From the NCBI GenBank assembly GCA_043228905.1, contig JBHGNT010000001.1:17794001-17858000 (forward strand): a DNA stretch of 64,000 nucleotides, in the 5' to 3' direction. The notes below the pieces were generated by a model. It saw nothing but the letters and a program-made list of their open reading frames with translations. It was not told the origin of the DNA and did no database searches. Below are positions 1-11,490 of the stretch, one piece after another. The position numbers were made by a program, and so were the translations under genes. The stretch comes from Azolla caroliniana. Taxonomy: Eukaryota > Plantae > Polypodiophyta. How positions within the stretch are numbered: position 1 is the first letter of the stretch; the number at the start of each line of letters is the position of its first letter.

Positions 1-1300
1 AGGGAGCCGGACGAAGGAGAGAAAGATACGGCCAAGCCACAGACATTCAAAGGATTGTTGACGGACGACGACGGCCGGACAGACGGTCCAGCAGTCGGCT
101 CGCGAAATGGCCGAGAAATTGAGGCCGAAAGACGACCCCGAACAGAGCCGGCCGGTGCATAGGCACGGCCGAACCGGCCGAGAGATGACCAACATCCGAC
201 AGAGGGCCTGAAAGACATGGCCAACGAGCAAGCCGAACAGAGACATCCGGCGTGTGGAAATATTTAATCTAAATATTATATTATTAATATTATTAAAAAT
301 AAGTGTTTATGAAGAGTTATTTATTATAAGACTTTAGAGAAAACTCTTCATTGAAGAGACATAACTTTTTGTCCATCGGCTCTACAAACAAGTCATTTGG
401 CTAATGTAACAATAACACAATTAATATAGAACAAATTTATGTATGTGTGTTCTCTCTCTCTAGCAATCATTCTCTATTTGTATAGTTGCCAAATTCTACA
501 TGGTATCAAATTTATATTTCGGCATCTATTAAATAAGACTAGAGAATCCCAGGAATGTTGATTGATTTGTCATCAAGACGAGCGCTAAGCCGGATAGCCC
601 TCTTCCATAAAAATGGCACAATCTTCAACTCCTGCCAACATTCTCAACACAGAAACTTTCATTAGTAAAGTTATCAAAGCAAATTTATCGCATTCGGAGT
701 GCTCTACTCGAATTATTATTTCAACACTACAAACTTTGGAATGTGGTGTCAGGATTATCAACAAAACCTGAACTCCCCGGACCTAATCAAGTTATTTTGG
801 AAGAGAAAGATCTTGTAGCAAAGATGGAATTATTAGCACATATATCAGATGTTCAAGGAGTGGTTAGAAAGTTACAAACTTCGCATCAAATTTGGGAGAA
901 ATTAAAGACACAATCCGAACCAAAGACGGATGCAGCACAAGTGCACACACTATGTGCATATGTCACATTTACAATGAAAGAAGAAGATGATGTAGATAAT
1001 TTTCTAATAACTTGGGAAAAGAAATTGGATGATACTATGAAATGCTCTCAAGAATAGCCTTCCTTTCATTATGTCTCAAGTTACATTTTATAGACTCTCT
1101 CTTAGCGTGGAGGGTGTTCTCCCGCTCCAATTAGCTCTACTAATTATGGGGCTTGGTGGGGGCCTAGTTTGGGTGTGGTGCATGAGGCTTGGTAGGGGCC
1201 TAATTTGGGTGTCGTCTATGTGTGGTGCATGGGGCTTGGTAGGGGCCTAATCTAGGTGTGGTCCATGTGACCACCACAATTCCCCCTTGTAAAAAAAAAG

Positions 1301-3214
1301 TTACTGTGCAGTCGAAGCGCGACGAGGCGTGGATGACGGTTCCAGACGGGGGGATGACACGGGCGTGGGCGTAGGCATGAGTGTGGGCGGGGGCGGTGGT
1401 AGTTGATGGAAGGGCTTCATGCGAGACTGGTGAGCAAAGGTAGAGCGGTTGTTGGAGGCGCGGCGGAGCAGGTATGTAGTGTCGCGTATCTGCTTTTGAA
1501 CTTCGAAGGGACCGATCCATCGGTGCATGAGCGATTTGCTGAGACCGCGACGACGGATGGGGAAGTAGACGAGGACTTTGTCACCGACGTGGTATTGATG
1601 GTCGACACGGCCTATATCGTGTTGTCGTTTTTGGCGTAGTTGTGCCTGGTGCAGGTTGCTCGTGATGGCTTTGCGGAGGAGGGGCTGGAGTTGTTGTAGG
1701 TGAGACCACCAAGACACTGCGTCAGCGTGGAGTCGTGTGGTTGGTTGCGGGACTGCCACTTCTGGGGGTAAGCGCGGGTCCCTTCCGTAAAGGGCCCGAA
1801 ATGGGCTAATGCGGGTAGAGGCTTGCACAGTTGTGTTGTAGGCATGCGTAACGAAGGGCAAGATTCGTTCCCAGGTTGAGTGCAGCGGATCGATGTAGGC
1901 TGAGATTTGTTGTTTTAAGGTTCGATTGAGGCGCTCCGTCAACCCATTCGTTTGCGGATGGTAGGGTGACGTGAATAACTGTTGGATTCCTAGTTGTGTT
2001 GAAACGAGGCGTAGGAGCTCACCGTTGAACTGTGGTCCTCGATTGGACAAGATTTGGAGTGGGCAACCGTGGGGGAAGATGATTTTCTCCAATAGTTTGG
2101 AGGCGATGGTCATAGCCTTTGCATCTGGGATAGCGGTCGTCTCAGCCCAACGCGTCAAGTACTCGGTGATGACGAGGATGAATTTGTTCCCTCCTTGTGA
2201 CTCGGGAAAGGGGCCCATAATGTCCCATCCGACGATTTCAAATGGAGCTTGAACTTGTATCGGATGTAAGAGGCCTTGAGCCACTTGAGGTGATTTGATG
2301 GCCTGACATAAGTTGCATGCTTTGATGTAGGAGGCGGCCTCGTGGCGTAGCCCAGGCCAATAGAATTTGCGACGAATTTTGTCGAGCACCTTATGAAAAC
2401 CCAAGTGGCCGGACAACGGGTGATCGTGGAAGAAACGAAGGTAAGACTGGCGTAGTTGCTCAGGCACGTAGACTCGGGGTTCTTTGCCTACTTGACAAAA
2501 AAGTAGGACATTATCCTGGATCATGAATTGCTTGGTGAGGGATGATGTCGGTTCAGCTCGTAGGCGGTGGCAGATATCTTGGATTTGTTTGTCGTGTTGT
2601 TGCATGTTGGCCATTTGGGACGAGGATATGGGGAAATCGATTGTGTTGGAGGTGATCTGGTTCGCCTGAAAGGATATGCGGGATAATCCATCGGCGACGA
2701 TGTTTTGTGGACCATGGCGATAGCGCAGAGTGAATGTGTAATCCTGTAGCGCCAAAACCCAACGAAGTAAGCGGCCGGGTGGATGAGCCTTCTTTATGAG
2801 GGAGAGCAATGGCTGATGGTCTGTTTCGACTGATGTATTTGATCCGTGAAGGTATGGGTGGAAACGATGGTGGATCTGGGCGGAACTAATGGTGAGCATG
2901 CACCTGACTTGCGTATGTGAATGGTACACCCGTTGTTGGTCGCCGAAGAGGATTTTAATGGGCGGTGCGTGGCTCGTGGGAAGTTGTAATTGGGTGACTA
3001 AATCTGCGCTGATGGAAGAGATGCTGCTGCCGGAGTCGAGGAGAACTTCTTGGGTCGTGTGCTGGAGGTGGGCGATTGTGGTACAAGCGGGCGAAGTTGA
3101 TGAAGTGGAGGCGTGGAGGTGCGGGGGCGGCTCGATCGTGGGAGAAACGGGAGAAGTTGAGGACGTGGAGACATGGACGTGCGGGGGCGGCTCTCCCTGC
3201 GGCACCCCGCGCAT
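1301..3214 (-). CDS. Gypsy B pol: aspartic protease fused in frame to the RNase H C-terminus and a complete integrase (RT deleted)
   Basis: VLLDSGSS protease, then directly HPYLHG...TDHQPL (RNase H end), HHCC zinc finger, WDIMGPF...PYHPQTNGLTER core and WIGPF GPF/Y module. No YxDD RT motif. Confidence 0.9.
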   Translation of the reverse strand: MRGVPQGEPPPHVHVSTSSTSPVSPTIEPPPHLHASTSSTSPACTTIAHLQHTTQEVLLDSGSSISSISADLVTQLQLPTSHAPPIKILFGDQQRVYHSHTQVRCMLTISSAQIHHRFHPYLHGSNTSVETDHQPLLSLIKKAHPPGRLLRWVLALQDYTFTLRYRHGPQNIVADGLSRISFQANQITSNTIDFPISSSQMANMQQHDKQIQDICHRLRAEPTSSLTKQFMIQDNVLLFCQVGKEPRVYVPEQLRQSYLRFFHDHPLSGHLGFHKVLDKIRRKFYWPGLRHEAASYIKACNLCQAIKSPQVAQGLLHPIQVQAPFEIVGWDIMGPFPESQGGNKFILVITEYLTRWAETTAIPDAKAMTIASKLLEKIIFPHGCPLQILSNRGPQFNGELLRLVSTQLGIQQLFTSPYHPQTNGLTERLNRTLKQQISAYIDPLHSTWERILPFVTHAYNTTVQASTRISPFRALYGRDPRLPPEVAVPQPTTRLHADAVSWWSHLQQLQPLLRKAITSNLHQAQLRQKRQHDIGRVDHQYHVGDKVLVYFPIRRRGLSKSLMHRWIGPFEVQKQIRDTTYLLRRASNNRSTFAHQSRMKPFHQLPPPPPTLMPTPTPVSSPRLEPSSTPRRASTAQ

Positions 3215-4164
3215 TAGTTTTCCGGGAGCTCAGAGAGGGAGGCAGCGTCCGCTAATTGGACGTTCTGCTTCTGTTGGTGATTCTACCACTTTCGGCAGTG
3301 ACGCCGAATGTGGCCATAGTTGTTGCAGTAGAAACATTTGGGGCATCCCTGGCTGTCTCGTTCGGGCAATGCACGCTTGGCACGTAATTGCGCGTTCTGG
3401 ATGTCGATGTCCATGGGAGTGACGGCTGGTATAGTGTTTGTATGATCATGACTGAGATTACCTGGTGTGTGCATGTCGTGCGCGTCTGCAGCTTCGATGC
3501 GTTGGGCAGTGAGGATGGCTTCGTGTAGTGTCGTCGGGCCTTGATCGCGTACACGGCGGCGGAGGTCATGTCGTATACGCGGCCAGAAAAAAAACAACTT
3601 CATGTCCTCCGACATGTTGGCGTCAGCCCGGCGTAGGATCTGCACAAAACGAACCGCGAACTGGGTGATGGGTTCGCGTGGTTGTTGGGTAATTGACTCA
3701 AGTTGTTGTAGGGCCGTCTGGTGGGAGTCTTGATGAGCAAAATTCCGAATCATGGCTGCCCGTAACAGATCCCAGTCGTTGCGTGTCTCTTCGGGTTGTT
3801 GTACAAGCCATGTTGCCGCGATATTCTCGAGGAGTGTCTTCATCTCCATTGCCTTCCGAGGGTGTGGCCACTGGTGGTAATTGGCCACCATTTCGAAATG
3901 ATCCAGCCAAGAGAGGACGTCTTCCGATGGTAGGCGGGAGAACGGTTTTGGGCGAACTCGAGAGTCCGGGAGATTTTGTTGTGGCTCGGATCGTGCTGAA
4001 AGAAAGGACAACATGGCTTGGTTAGTATGGTTAACTTGTAAAATGATGTTGGACAGAGCTTGAACCAGTTGGTCGATTGGCGATGTGGGCTGGTGTCCTT
4101 GATTGTGTTGTAGGAATTCCGGATTCATCGAGTTTGCGTTGCCGTCGTTGTTGTCGTGTTGCAT
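3214..4164 (-). pseudogene. Gypsy B gag with CCHC zinc knuckle; one premature TAG at 3285-3283
   Basis: PKPFS...EDVLSWLDHFE capsid-like motif and CFYCNNYGHIRRHC knuckle. The frame continues past the TAG to ...PEN* at 3216-3214. Confidence 0.88.
3217..3223 (-). promoter_or_regulatory. Putative -1 ribosomal frameshift slippery site G GAA AAC between gag and pol
   Basis: Gag frame reads CCG GAA AAC TAA. The -1 frame reads GGA AAA CTA ATG and is the pol frame. GC-rich, potentially structured sequence follows. Confidence 0.7.
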
Positions 4165-6249
4165 CGTGGCGGGCGTTGTTGGGGTCGTGAGTTGGGGTGG
4201 CTTGGCCCGTCTTCTCCACCAAGATGTGAAATGCTCTCAAGAATAGCCTTCCTTTCATTATGTCTCAAGTTACATTTTATAGACTCTCTCTTAGCGTGGA
4301 GGGTGTTCTCCCGCTCCAATTAGCTCTACTAATTATGGGGCTTGGTGGGGGCCTAGTTTGGGTGTGGTGCATGAGGCTTGGTAGGGGCCTAATTTGGGTG
4401 TGGTCTATGTGTGGTGCATGGGGCTTGGTAGGGGCCTAATCTAGGTGTGGTCCATGTGACCACCACAATACAATTACATCTGGCTTGCACATCTCCGACA
4501 AACTACAAAGCTATTTATTATTAGGTGCTTTACCCTCTTCTTGGTCATCTTTTGTGACTACAAAAAATTTAAATAAACAAGCTACTGTGGAAGATCTCAT
4601 GGGAGACATAAGACAAGAAGACTCAATGAGAAAGACAAGAGAAGAAAACACATCAACACAAACAATCACTATGGCAGCCTATCGGCCTCATTACAAACCA
4701 CATACAAGATACAAGAGTTTCAAGAATCAGTGGACTAATGCACCTATGACTAAAGGAGGAATGAAGTTCACTAAGTCTTATTGTAACATTTGCAAAAGAC
4801 CAGGCCACACACCACAAGAATGTAAGGCAAAACAAAAGTCTATTCGAAGATTCCGAAGGAACATTCGTCAACCACAAGCGCACATTGTAGAAGAATTCGA
4901 GGAAGGGAGAAATGACGAAGAAGAAGAAGAGGTTTATGTTGCCTCAATGGAAGAAAAGGATGAATATGAAGAAGAAGGTTACAACGACTTGATGCAAGCT
5001 TTCGTGGCTGAAGCACTTGTTGCAGATATACCAACAAAGAAGGATGACAAATGGTATCTCGACACCGGAGCAACGAACCACCTCACACATCGATCAGATT
5101 GGCTTCAAAGGTACACACCCCTACAAAATTCAATAACCGTTAGATTTGGAAATAATGGAGTAAAACAAGCATTAGGCAAAGGCCAACTTACTTTTCATCT
5201 CCCCGGAGGAGGAAACTTCACCGTAAATGATGTGTACCACGTGCCTAGTATCACCATGAACCTCCTTTCGTTAAGTCAAGGAACTTCGAATGGAACCATC
5301 ATCGACTTCCATCATAACGAATACGTGATTCGTCATCTTCTACCAAATGGTCTCACCATACGAACTTCCTGCAAAAGACAAGGAGGGTTATATCCAATTA
5401 GTGTATATCCAACAACCCAATCAAAAATCGAAGTTCACACAGCCGAAATCGAAAGACAATAGGAACTCACCTTACTTTGGCACTATCGACTCAGACATCC
5501 ACACCTTGGTGCTATGTGAACACTCCAAACTCACAAGCTCGCTCAAGGAGTCCCAAAGGATAGGTTTTGCAAAATTGACCTATGTGAGGCGTGCTTGTTC
5601 GGCAAAATGGCATCATCAAAGTTTCCTACAAGTAACTCACGAAGAAGTCGACCTCTTGAACTCGTCCATCGTGACATATGTGGTCCATTCCCAACTCAAC
5701 CACTTTTAAAATCAAAATATTTCATTAGTTTCATCGATGATTATACAAGGTTTACGATAATAACATTCCTCAAAAGCAAAGACCAAGCTTTCACAGCTTT
5801 TACAAATTACAAAGCACTAACAGAAAAGCATCTAAATCTACAATTGAAATGTCTACAATTTGACGGGGGAGGAGAATATACATCTAACAAGTTTACAAAA
5901 TTTTGTAAAGACCATGGAATTTTATGAGTTTCTGTTCCTTCAACACCACAACAAAATGGTCTAGCCGAAAGAAAAAATTGAACGCTCCTTAATTCGGCCC
6001 GGAGCATGCTGAACCTCACCTCACTTTCGTCCTCATTTTGGGAAGAAGTTGTCGCAATAGCATGTTATCTCCAAAATCGTAACTATCATCGAACACTTGG
6101 GTTAATCACACCATACGAGTTATGGTTTGGAGTAAAACCAAGTATGGAAGATCTCAAAATCTTTGGTTGCCTTTCATACGCCTCTGTTCCTGCTGAAAAA
6201 TGATCCAAGTTAGAACAAAGAGGTAGAAAAGAGATTTTTGTTGGGTACA

Positions 6250-9200
6250 GAGATGCAAATGGGTACAAGGCTTACCGTTTATTTGACCCAAACAAGAACA
6301 CCTTCTTTTATAGTCGTACTATCAAATTTGATCAGTCACCCTTTCTTGAATCCACGGCATCAACACATAACCTTAAAAATGATATTCGTGAAGGAGGCAA
6401 ACAATTAGAAGATGATGCCGCCACAGTTCGCCAATCTCATAACAACATTGTCGTTGTTGTACGCCGCTCTCCAAACACAACCGCCGCCGCCTTCTGCCAC
6501 CCACACAACATTATCGCTGACGATTTCTCTTGCCCTTCTAATAGCGCCGCCTCCACTGATGCCATCGACTTTTGCCACCAAAAAAACATGGTGGTTGATA
6601 ATTATCGTCGCCTTCCAAACAACACCGCTGCTGCCTCCCGCCAACAGAAAATTGTTGTTGCTGATGACTGCCGCCTCCGAACCACCGCCGCCTTCCACCA
6701 ACAGACAATGGTTGTTGCTAATAACCGACACCTCCCAACCAGCGTTGTCGTTGCCGCCGCCTTCCGCCACTTGAAAATCGTTGTTGTTGACGACCGCCGC
6801 CTTTCAACCAGCGTCGCCGCTGCCGCCTCCCGCCAACAAAACATCGTTGTTGCTGACGACCGCCTCCTCCCACAGAGCACTGCCGCCAATGCCGCCTTTT
6901 GCTACCAACACAAGAACATTGATGATGATAATAGCCATCGTTGCCACCGACAAAAGGATGTTTATTCCGCTGCAATCTCCGCCAGAAATCGATCGAAGAA
7001 AGCCACCAATATCATCGTCGCGTCTTACTTTGATGAAGTCCCAATGTTGTCGATCGTTCTGTGGTAATCCTGTGCTGTTTTATTCATGTTGATCAACCCA
7101 TTGCACCTCATCCGATCTCTACTTCCCATGAACTTCTTGCATCTCTTCCCATCTCCTCTACTCCATGTACTCCTCCTATTCGACTACGTTTACATAAGAA
7201 ATCAACGTTTAAATTTAAAGTTAATAAAAATAAAAGTAAAATGAAAATGACATCTTTAAATCTAACTAACCAACATAAAAGAACCACCCAACCCAAACTA
7301 ACTAACTACATTCACCCACATCTTGATAGTGGTTTCACACCATCCAACTCTACACATTAGAATGACCTCACAAACACATCCTCTCCATCAACCATATCTT
7401 TACCACAGTTCCATACATTTAACACCTTACCACTCTCTTCATCCATTTGGTCGACCTCTAATCAACATGCTCTTGAAAGCCCGCAAACCTATCAAATCAT
7501 TCAGTCATTTCATCTTGAATCACCTGACATCACTAGTGATTTTTCAATGAGCTCAAAATCATAATCCTCGCAAGACTATCCAAACCCAGATGATAATGAC
7601 TCACCACCTCATTGTACGCACTCCTTGTCTGATATCTATCAGGAACTTGACCAATTTGAGGCACACTTCGTGGACCTCGATATGGACGCTCTAATAATTG
7701 AAGCAGAGTCGAATATCACAAATGATTTGATTATTACCATTAGAGAAGCGTTGTTTGGTACCGATGGCCCTAAATGGAGAGCAACCATGGAAGAAGAGAT
7801 GAAAGCCTTATTAAAGAACAAAACTTGGAGCCTTGTCGATCCACCACTTGAGATGCAAACGGCTACAAGGCTTACCGTTTATTTGACCCAAACAAGAACA
7901 CCTTCTTTTAAAGTCGTACTGTCAAATTTGATCAGTCACCTTTTCTTGAATCCACGACATCAACACATAACCTTAAAAATGATATTCGTGAAGGAGGCGA
8001 ACAATTAGAAGACGATGCCGCCACAGTTCGCCAATCTCATAACAACATTGTCGTTGTTGTACGCCGCTCTCCAAACACAATTGCCGCGTTCTGCCACCCA
8101 CACAACACTATCGTTGACGATGTCTCTTGCCCTCCAAACAGCGCCGCCGCCACTGATGCCATCGACTTCTGCCACCAAAAGAACATGGCGGTTGATAATT
8201 ATCACCGTCTCCCAAACAACACCGCCGCTGCCTCCCACCAACAGAAAATTGTTGTTGCTAATGACCGTCACCTCCGAACCACCGCCGCCTTCCACCAACA
8301 GACAATGGTTGTTGCTAATAACCAATGCCTCCCAACCAAGGTAGCCACCGCCGCCGCCTCCCGCCATAAGAAAATTGTTGTTGCTACTAAGCGATGCCTC
8401 CCAACCAACGTCATTGCTACCGCCTTCTGCCAACAGAAAATCGTTGTTGTTGATGACCACTGCCTTTCAACTAGCGTCGCCGCTGCCGCCTCCCACCAAC
8501 AAAACATTGTTGTTGTTGACGATCGCCTCCTCCCACAGAGCACTGCCGCCAATGCCGCCTTTTGCTACCAACACAAGAACATTGATGATGATAATAGCCA
8601 TCGTTGCCATCGACAAAAGGATGTGTATTCCGCTGCAATCACCGTTAGCAATTGATCGAAGAAAGCCACCAATATCATCGCCGCGTCTTACTTTGATGAA
8701 GTCCCGATGTTGTCGATCGTTATGTGGTAATCCCGTGTCGTTTTATTCATGTTGATCAGCCCCTTGCACCTCCTCTAATCTCTCCTGCACATGAACCCCT
8801 TGCATCTCTTCACATCTCCTCTGCTCCAAGTACTCCTCCCGTTCGACTATGTTTACATAAGAAATCAACGTTTAAATTTAAAGTTAATAAAAATAAAAGT
8901 AAAATGAAAATTACATCTTTAAATCTAACTAACCAACATAAAAGAACCACCCAACCCAAACTAACTAACTACATTCACCCACATCTTGATAGTGGTTTAA
9001 CACCATCCAACTCTACACATTAGAATGACCTCACAAACACATCCTCTCCATCAACCATGTCTTCACCACAATTGCATACATTTAACAACTTACCACTCTC
9101 TTTATCCATTTGGTCGACCTCTAATCAACATGCTCTTGAAAACCCTCAAACCCATCAAATCATTCCGTCATTTCATCTTGAATCACCTGACATCACTAGT

Positions 9201-9478
9201 GATTTTTCAATCAACTCAAAATCACAATCCTCGCAAGACTATCCAAACCCAGATGCTAACGACTCACCACCTCATCATACGCGCTCCTTGTCCGATATCT
9301 ATAAGGAACTTGACCAATTTGAGGCACACTTCGTGTCGGATACCACAAATGATTTGATTATTACCGTTAGAGAAGCGTTGTTTGGTACCGATGGCCCTAA
9401 ATGGAGAGCAACCATGGAAGAAGAGATGAAAGCCTTATTAAAGAACAAAACTTGGAGCCTTGTCGATCCACCACCTGA
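6250..9478 (+). repeat. Diverged tandem duplication (about 1.6 kb x2) of the Copia A INT-end/linker/RT-start region
   Basis: Copy 1 starts GAGATGCAAATGGGTACAAGG at 6250 and copy 2 GAGATGCAAACGGCTACAAGG at 7850. Both end in TGTCGATCCACCAC. Confidence 0.93.
6560..6900 (+). repeat. Degenerate 57-60-bp minisatellite in the Copia INT-RT linker (again at about 8150-8570)
   Basis: Recurring AAAATTGTTGTTGCTGAYGACCGCCGCCT...GCCGCCTYCCRCCAAC, translating as Q-K-I-V-V-x-D-D-R-R-L...AAA repeats. Confidence 0.75.
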
Positions 9479-11490
9479 TCGAAAAATTGTTAGTTATAAG
9501 TGGGTTCTTCGAAAGAAGACCAATGCTAATGGAAATATTATGCGCTTCAAAGCTCGTCTCGTAGCTCGTGGTTTTTCGCAAATACCTGGAATCGACTTCA
9601 AAGATACATTTAGCCCTACATTGCGAAGTATCACATTTCGCATATTTGTTTCTCTCGCCGTCGAACTTGATTTGGAACTCCATCACTTTGATGTTCAAAC
9701 CGCTTTCCTTCACGGAGAACTTGAAGAAGAGATCTATATGCAACAACCACCGCATTTTGAAGATTCAACTCGACCAAATGTTGTATGTCGTCTACATCGA
9801 TCCTTATACGGTCTGTGACAATCTCCACAAGTTTGGTATCATCGACTTCATAATTTCTTAACTAACAATGGTTATAAAAGACTAAAGAATGAACAAAATG
9901 TATACATTAAAAGAGCTAAGAATAATTTCATCATAATTGGTGTTTATGTCGACAACTTATCTCTACTTGCCAACTCACTAGCCTATCTACAACTTGCGAA
10001 GAAGGAACTTCAACAAGCTTTTCCAATAACTGACCTTGGTTCAATGAAGTATTTCCTTGGAATGAACTTACAAAGAGATCGTGTCAAATGAACCATTTCT
10101 CTTTCCCAAACTCAATACATGGAAAGTGTATTGAAACGCTTTGACATGCTACATTGCATGTCTATCTCTACAACCATGTCAACTCCATGCAAATTATCAA
10201 TCGAAGATGCTCGAAGAACTATTAAAGAATGAGATGAAATGCTCAATGTTCCTTACAAGCAAATTCTTGGATGTATACGCTACCTTGTTAGTTGTACACG
10301 TCGCGATTTATGTTTTACCGTTGTAATTCTTTCAAGATTTATGCAGGATCCCGGACCAAAACATTGGCAAGCTTTAAAACGACTACTACGTTATCTAAAA
10401 CGAACAAAAGATATGGTGTTCACCTACTCTAGAACACAATCAGAGTTCGTCAACATGAATCTTGAAGGACGGACCAATCCATCACAATTGTCTGGTTGGA
10501 CGGATTCAGATTGGAGAGGGGATATTGATGGTCGTAAGTCAACAAGTGGCTTTGTATATTGTCTCGCCGGAGCCGCTATAGCATGGAGGTCTAAGAAGAA
10601 AACAACAGTCGCTCTATCTTCAACAGAAACTGAATATGTAGCTGTTGCACTCGCTGCTAAAGAAGAAATATGGATTGATTCTATACTTGAAGAACTTAAC
10701 TTTTTTAAGAATTCAAAGCTAATCCTTCATTGTGATAATCAATCGTGTATAAAGTTAGCTTGTAATCCGAAAATGAGTGATAATATTCGACATGTCTCTT
10801 TCAGGCATCATTTTCTACGAGACTTAATTGAAGAGAAGAAGCTAGATTTGAAGTATGCTTCTACAACACTAATGTGGGCTGATTTTCTAACAAAGTCAGT
10901 ACCTCACACAAAGCATGTTGCTTGCTGCCGAAAGATTGGTCTACCAAAGCCAAACTATTCTTCGAATGACAATACTTTTGAATAAAATAATATTTAGCTT
11001 AAGGGGGGTGTGGAAATATTTAATCTAAATATTATATTATTAATATTATTAAAAATAAGTAATTATGAAGAGTTATTTATTATAAGACTTTAGAGAAAAC
11101 TCTTCATTGAAGAGACATAACTTTTTGTCCATCAGCTCTACAAACAAGTCATTTGGCTAATGTAACAATAACACAATTAATATAGAACAAATTTATGTAT
11201 GTGTGTTCTCTCTCTCTAGCAATCATTCTCAATTTGTATAGTTGCCGAATTCTACACGGCGGACAACTGATAGAGCCAACCGGCCAATTGAGACGGTTAC
11301 GGACAAAGCCGGTCGCCGGACAGGGCGACCGACGGACAGCTAGCCAGACCGCCGACAGACGGCTAAACGGTTGCCAGATGGCGAGTGGAAACGACGGCCG
11401 AACAAAATGACAAATGCAGAGAAGGTCACCAGGAGAAGACCGATGCAAAGATAAAAGAGAAGACATGCGCAACAAAGACAAGACATACGT

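Larger units (their letters stand above)
1036..4467 (-). mobile_element. Ty3/Gypsy LTR retrotransposon 'B', RT-deleted, inserted in Copia A gag
   Basis: 243-bp LTRs 1036-1278 and 4225-4467 (2 mismatches seen). 4-bp TSD ATAC at 1032-1035 and 4468-4471. PPT (rc AAGGGGGAAT) at 1279-1288. PBS TGGTGGAGAAG next to the 5' LTR. Excising it restores the Copia gag frame (GAT ACA ATT ACA). Confidence 0.95.
613..10985 (+). pseudogene. Copia A gag-pol polyprotein, interrupted (gag, CCHC knuckle, protease, integrase, RT, RNase H)
   Basis: LLGALPSSW and CNICKRPGHTPQEC (gag/knuckle), WYLDTGATNH (protease), LELVHRDICGP...FIDDY (INT), FKARLVARGFSQIPGIDF and DVQTAFLHGEL (RT), WTDSDW...RKSTSG and DNQS (RNase H). 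Multiple stops and frameshifts. Confidence 0.93.
253..11256 (+). mobile_element. Ty1/Copia LTR retrotransposon 'A' (degenerate), containing a nested Gypsy and an internal 1.6-kb duplication
   Basis: 248-bp LTRs 253-500 and 11009-11256 (TGTGG...CTACA, about 5 mismatches by eye). TSD CGGCG at 248-252 and 11257-11261. PBS TGGTATCA at 501, PPT AAGGGGGG at 11001-11008. Domain order gag-PR-INT-RT-RH. Confidence 0.96.

Noticed and set aside
6405-7092. env-like membrane protein in Copia A
   Set aside because: The hydrophobic ORFs are alternative frames of the INT-RT linker minisatellite and are not located between pol and the 3' LTR.
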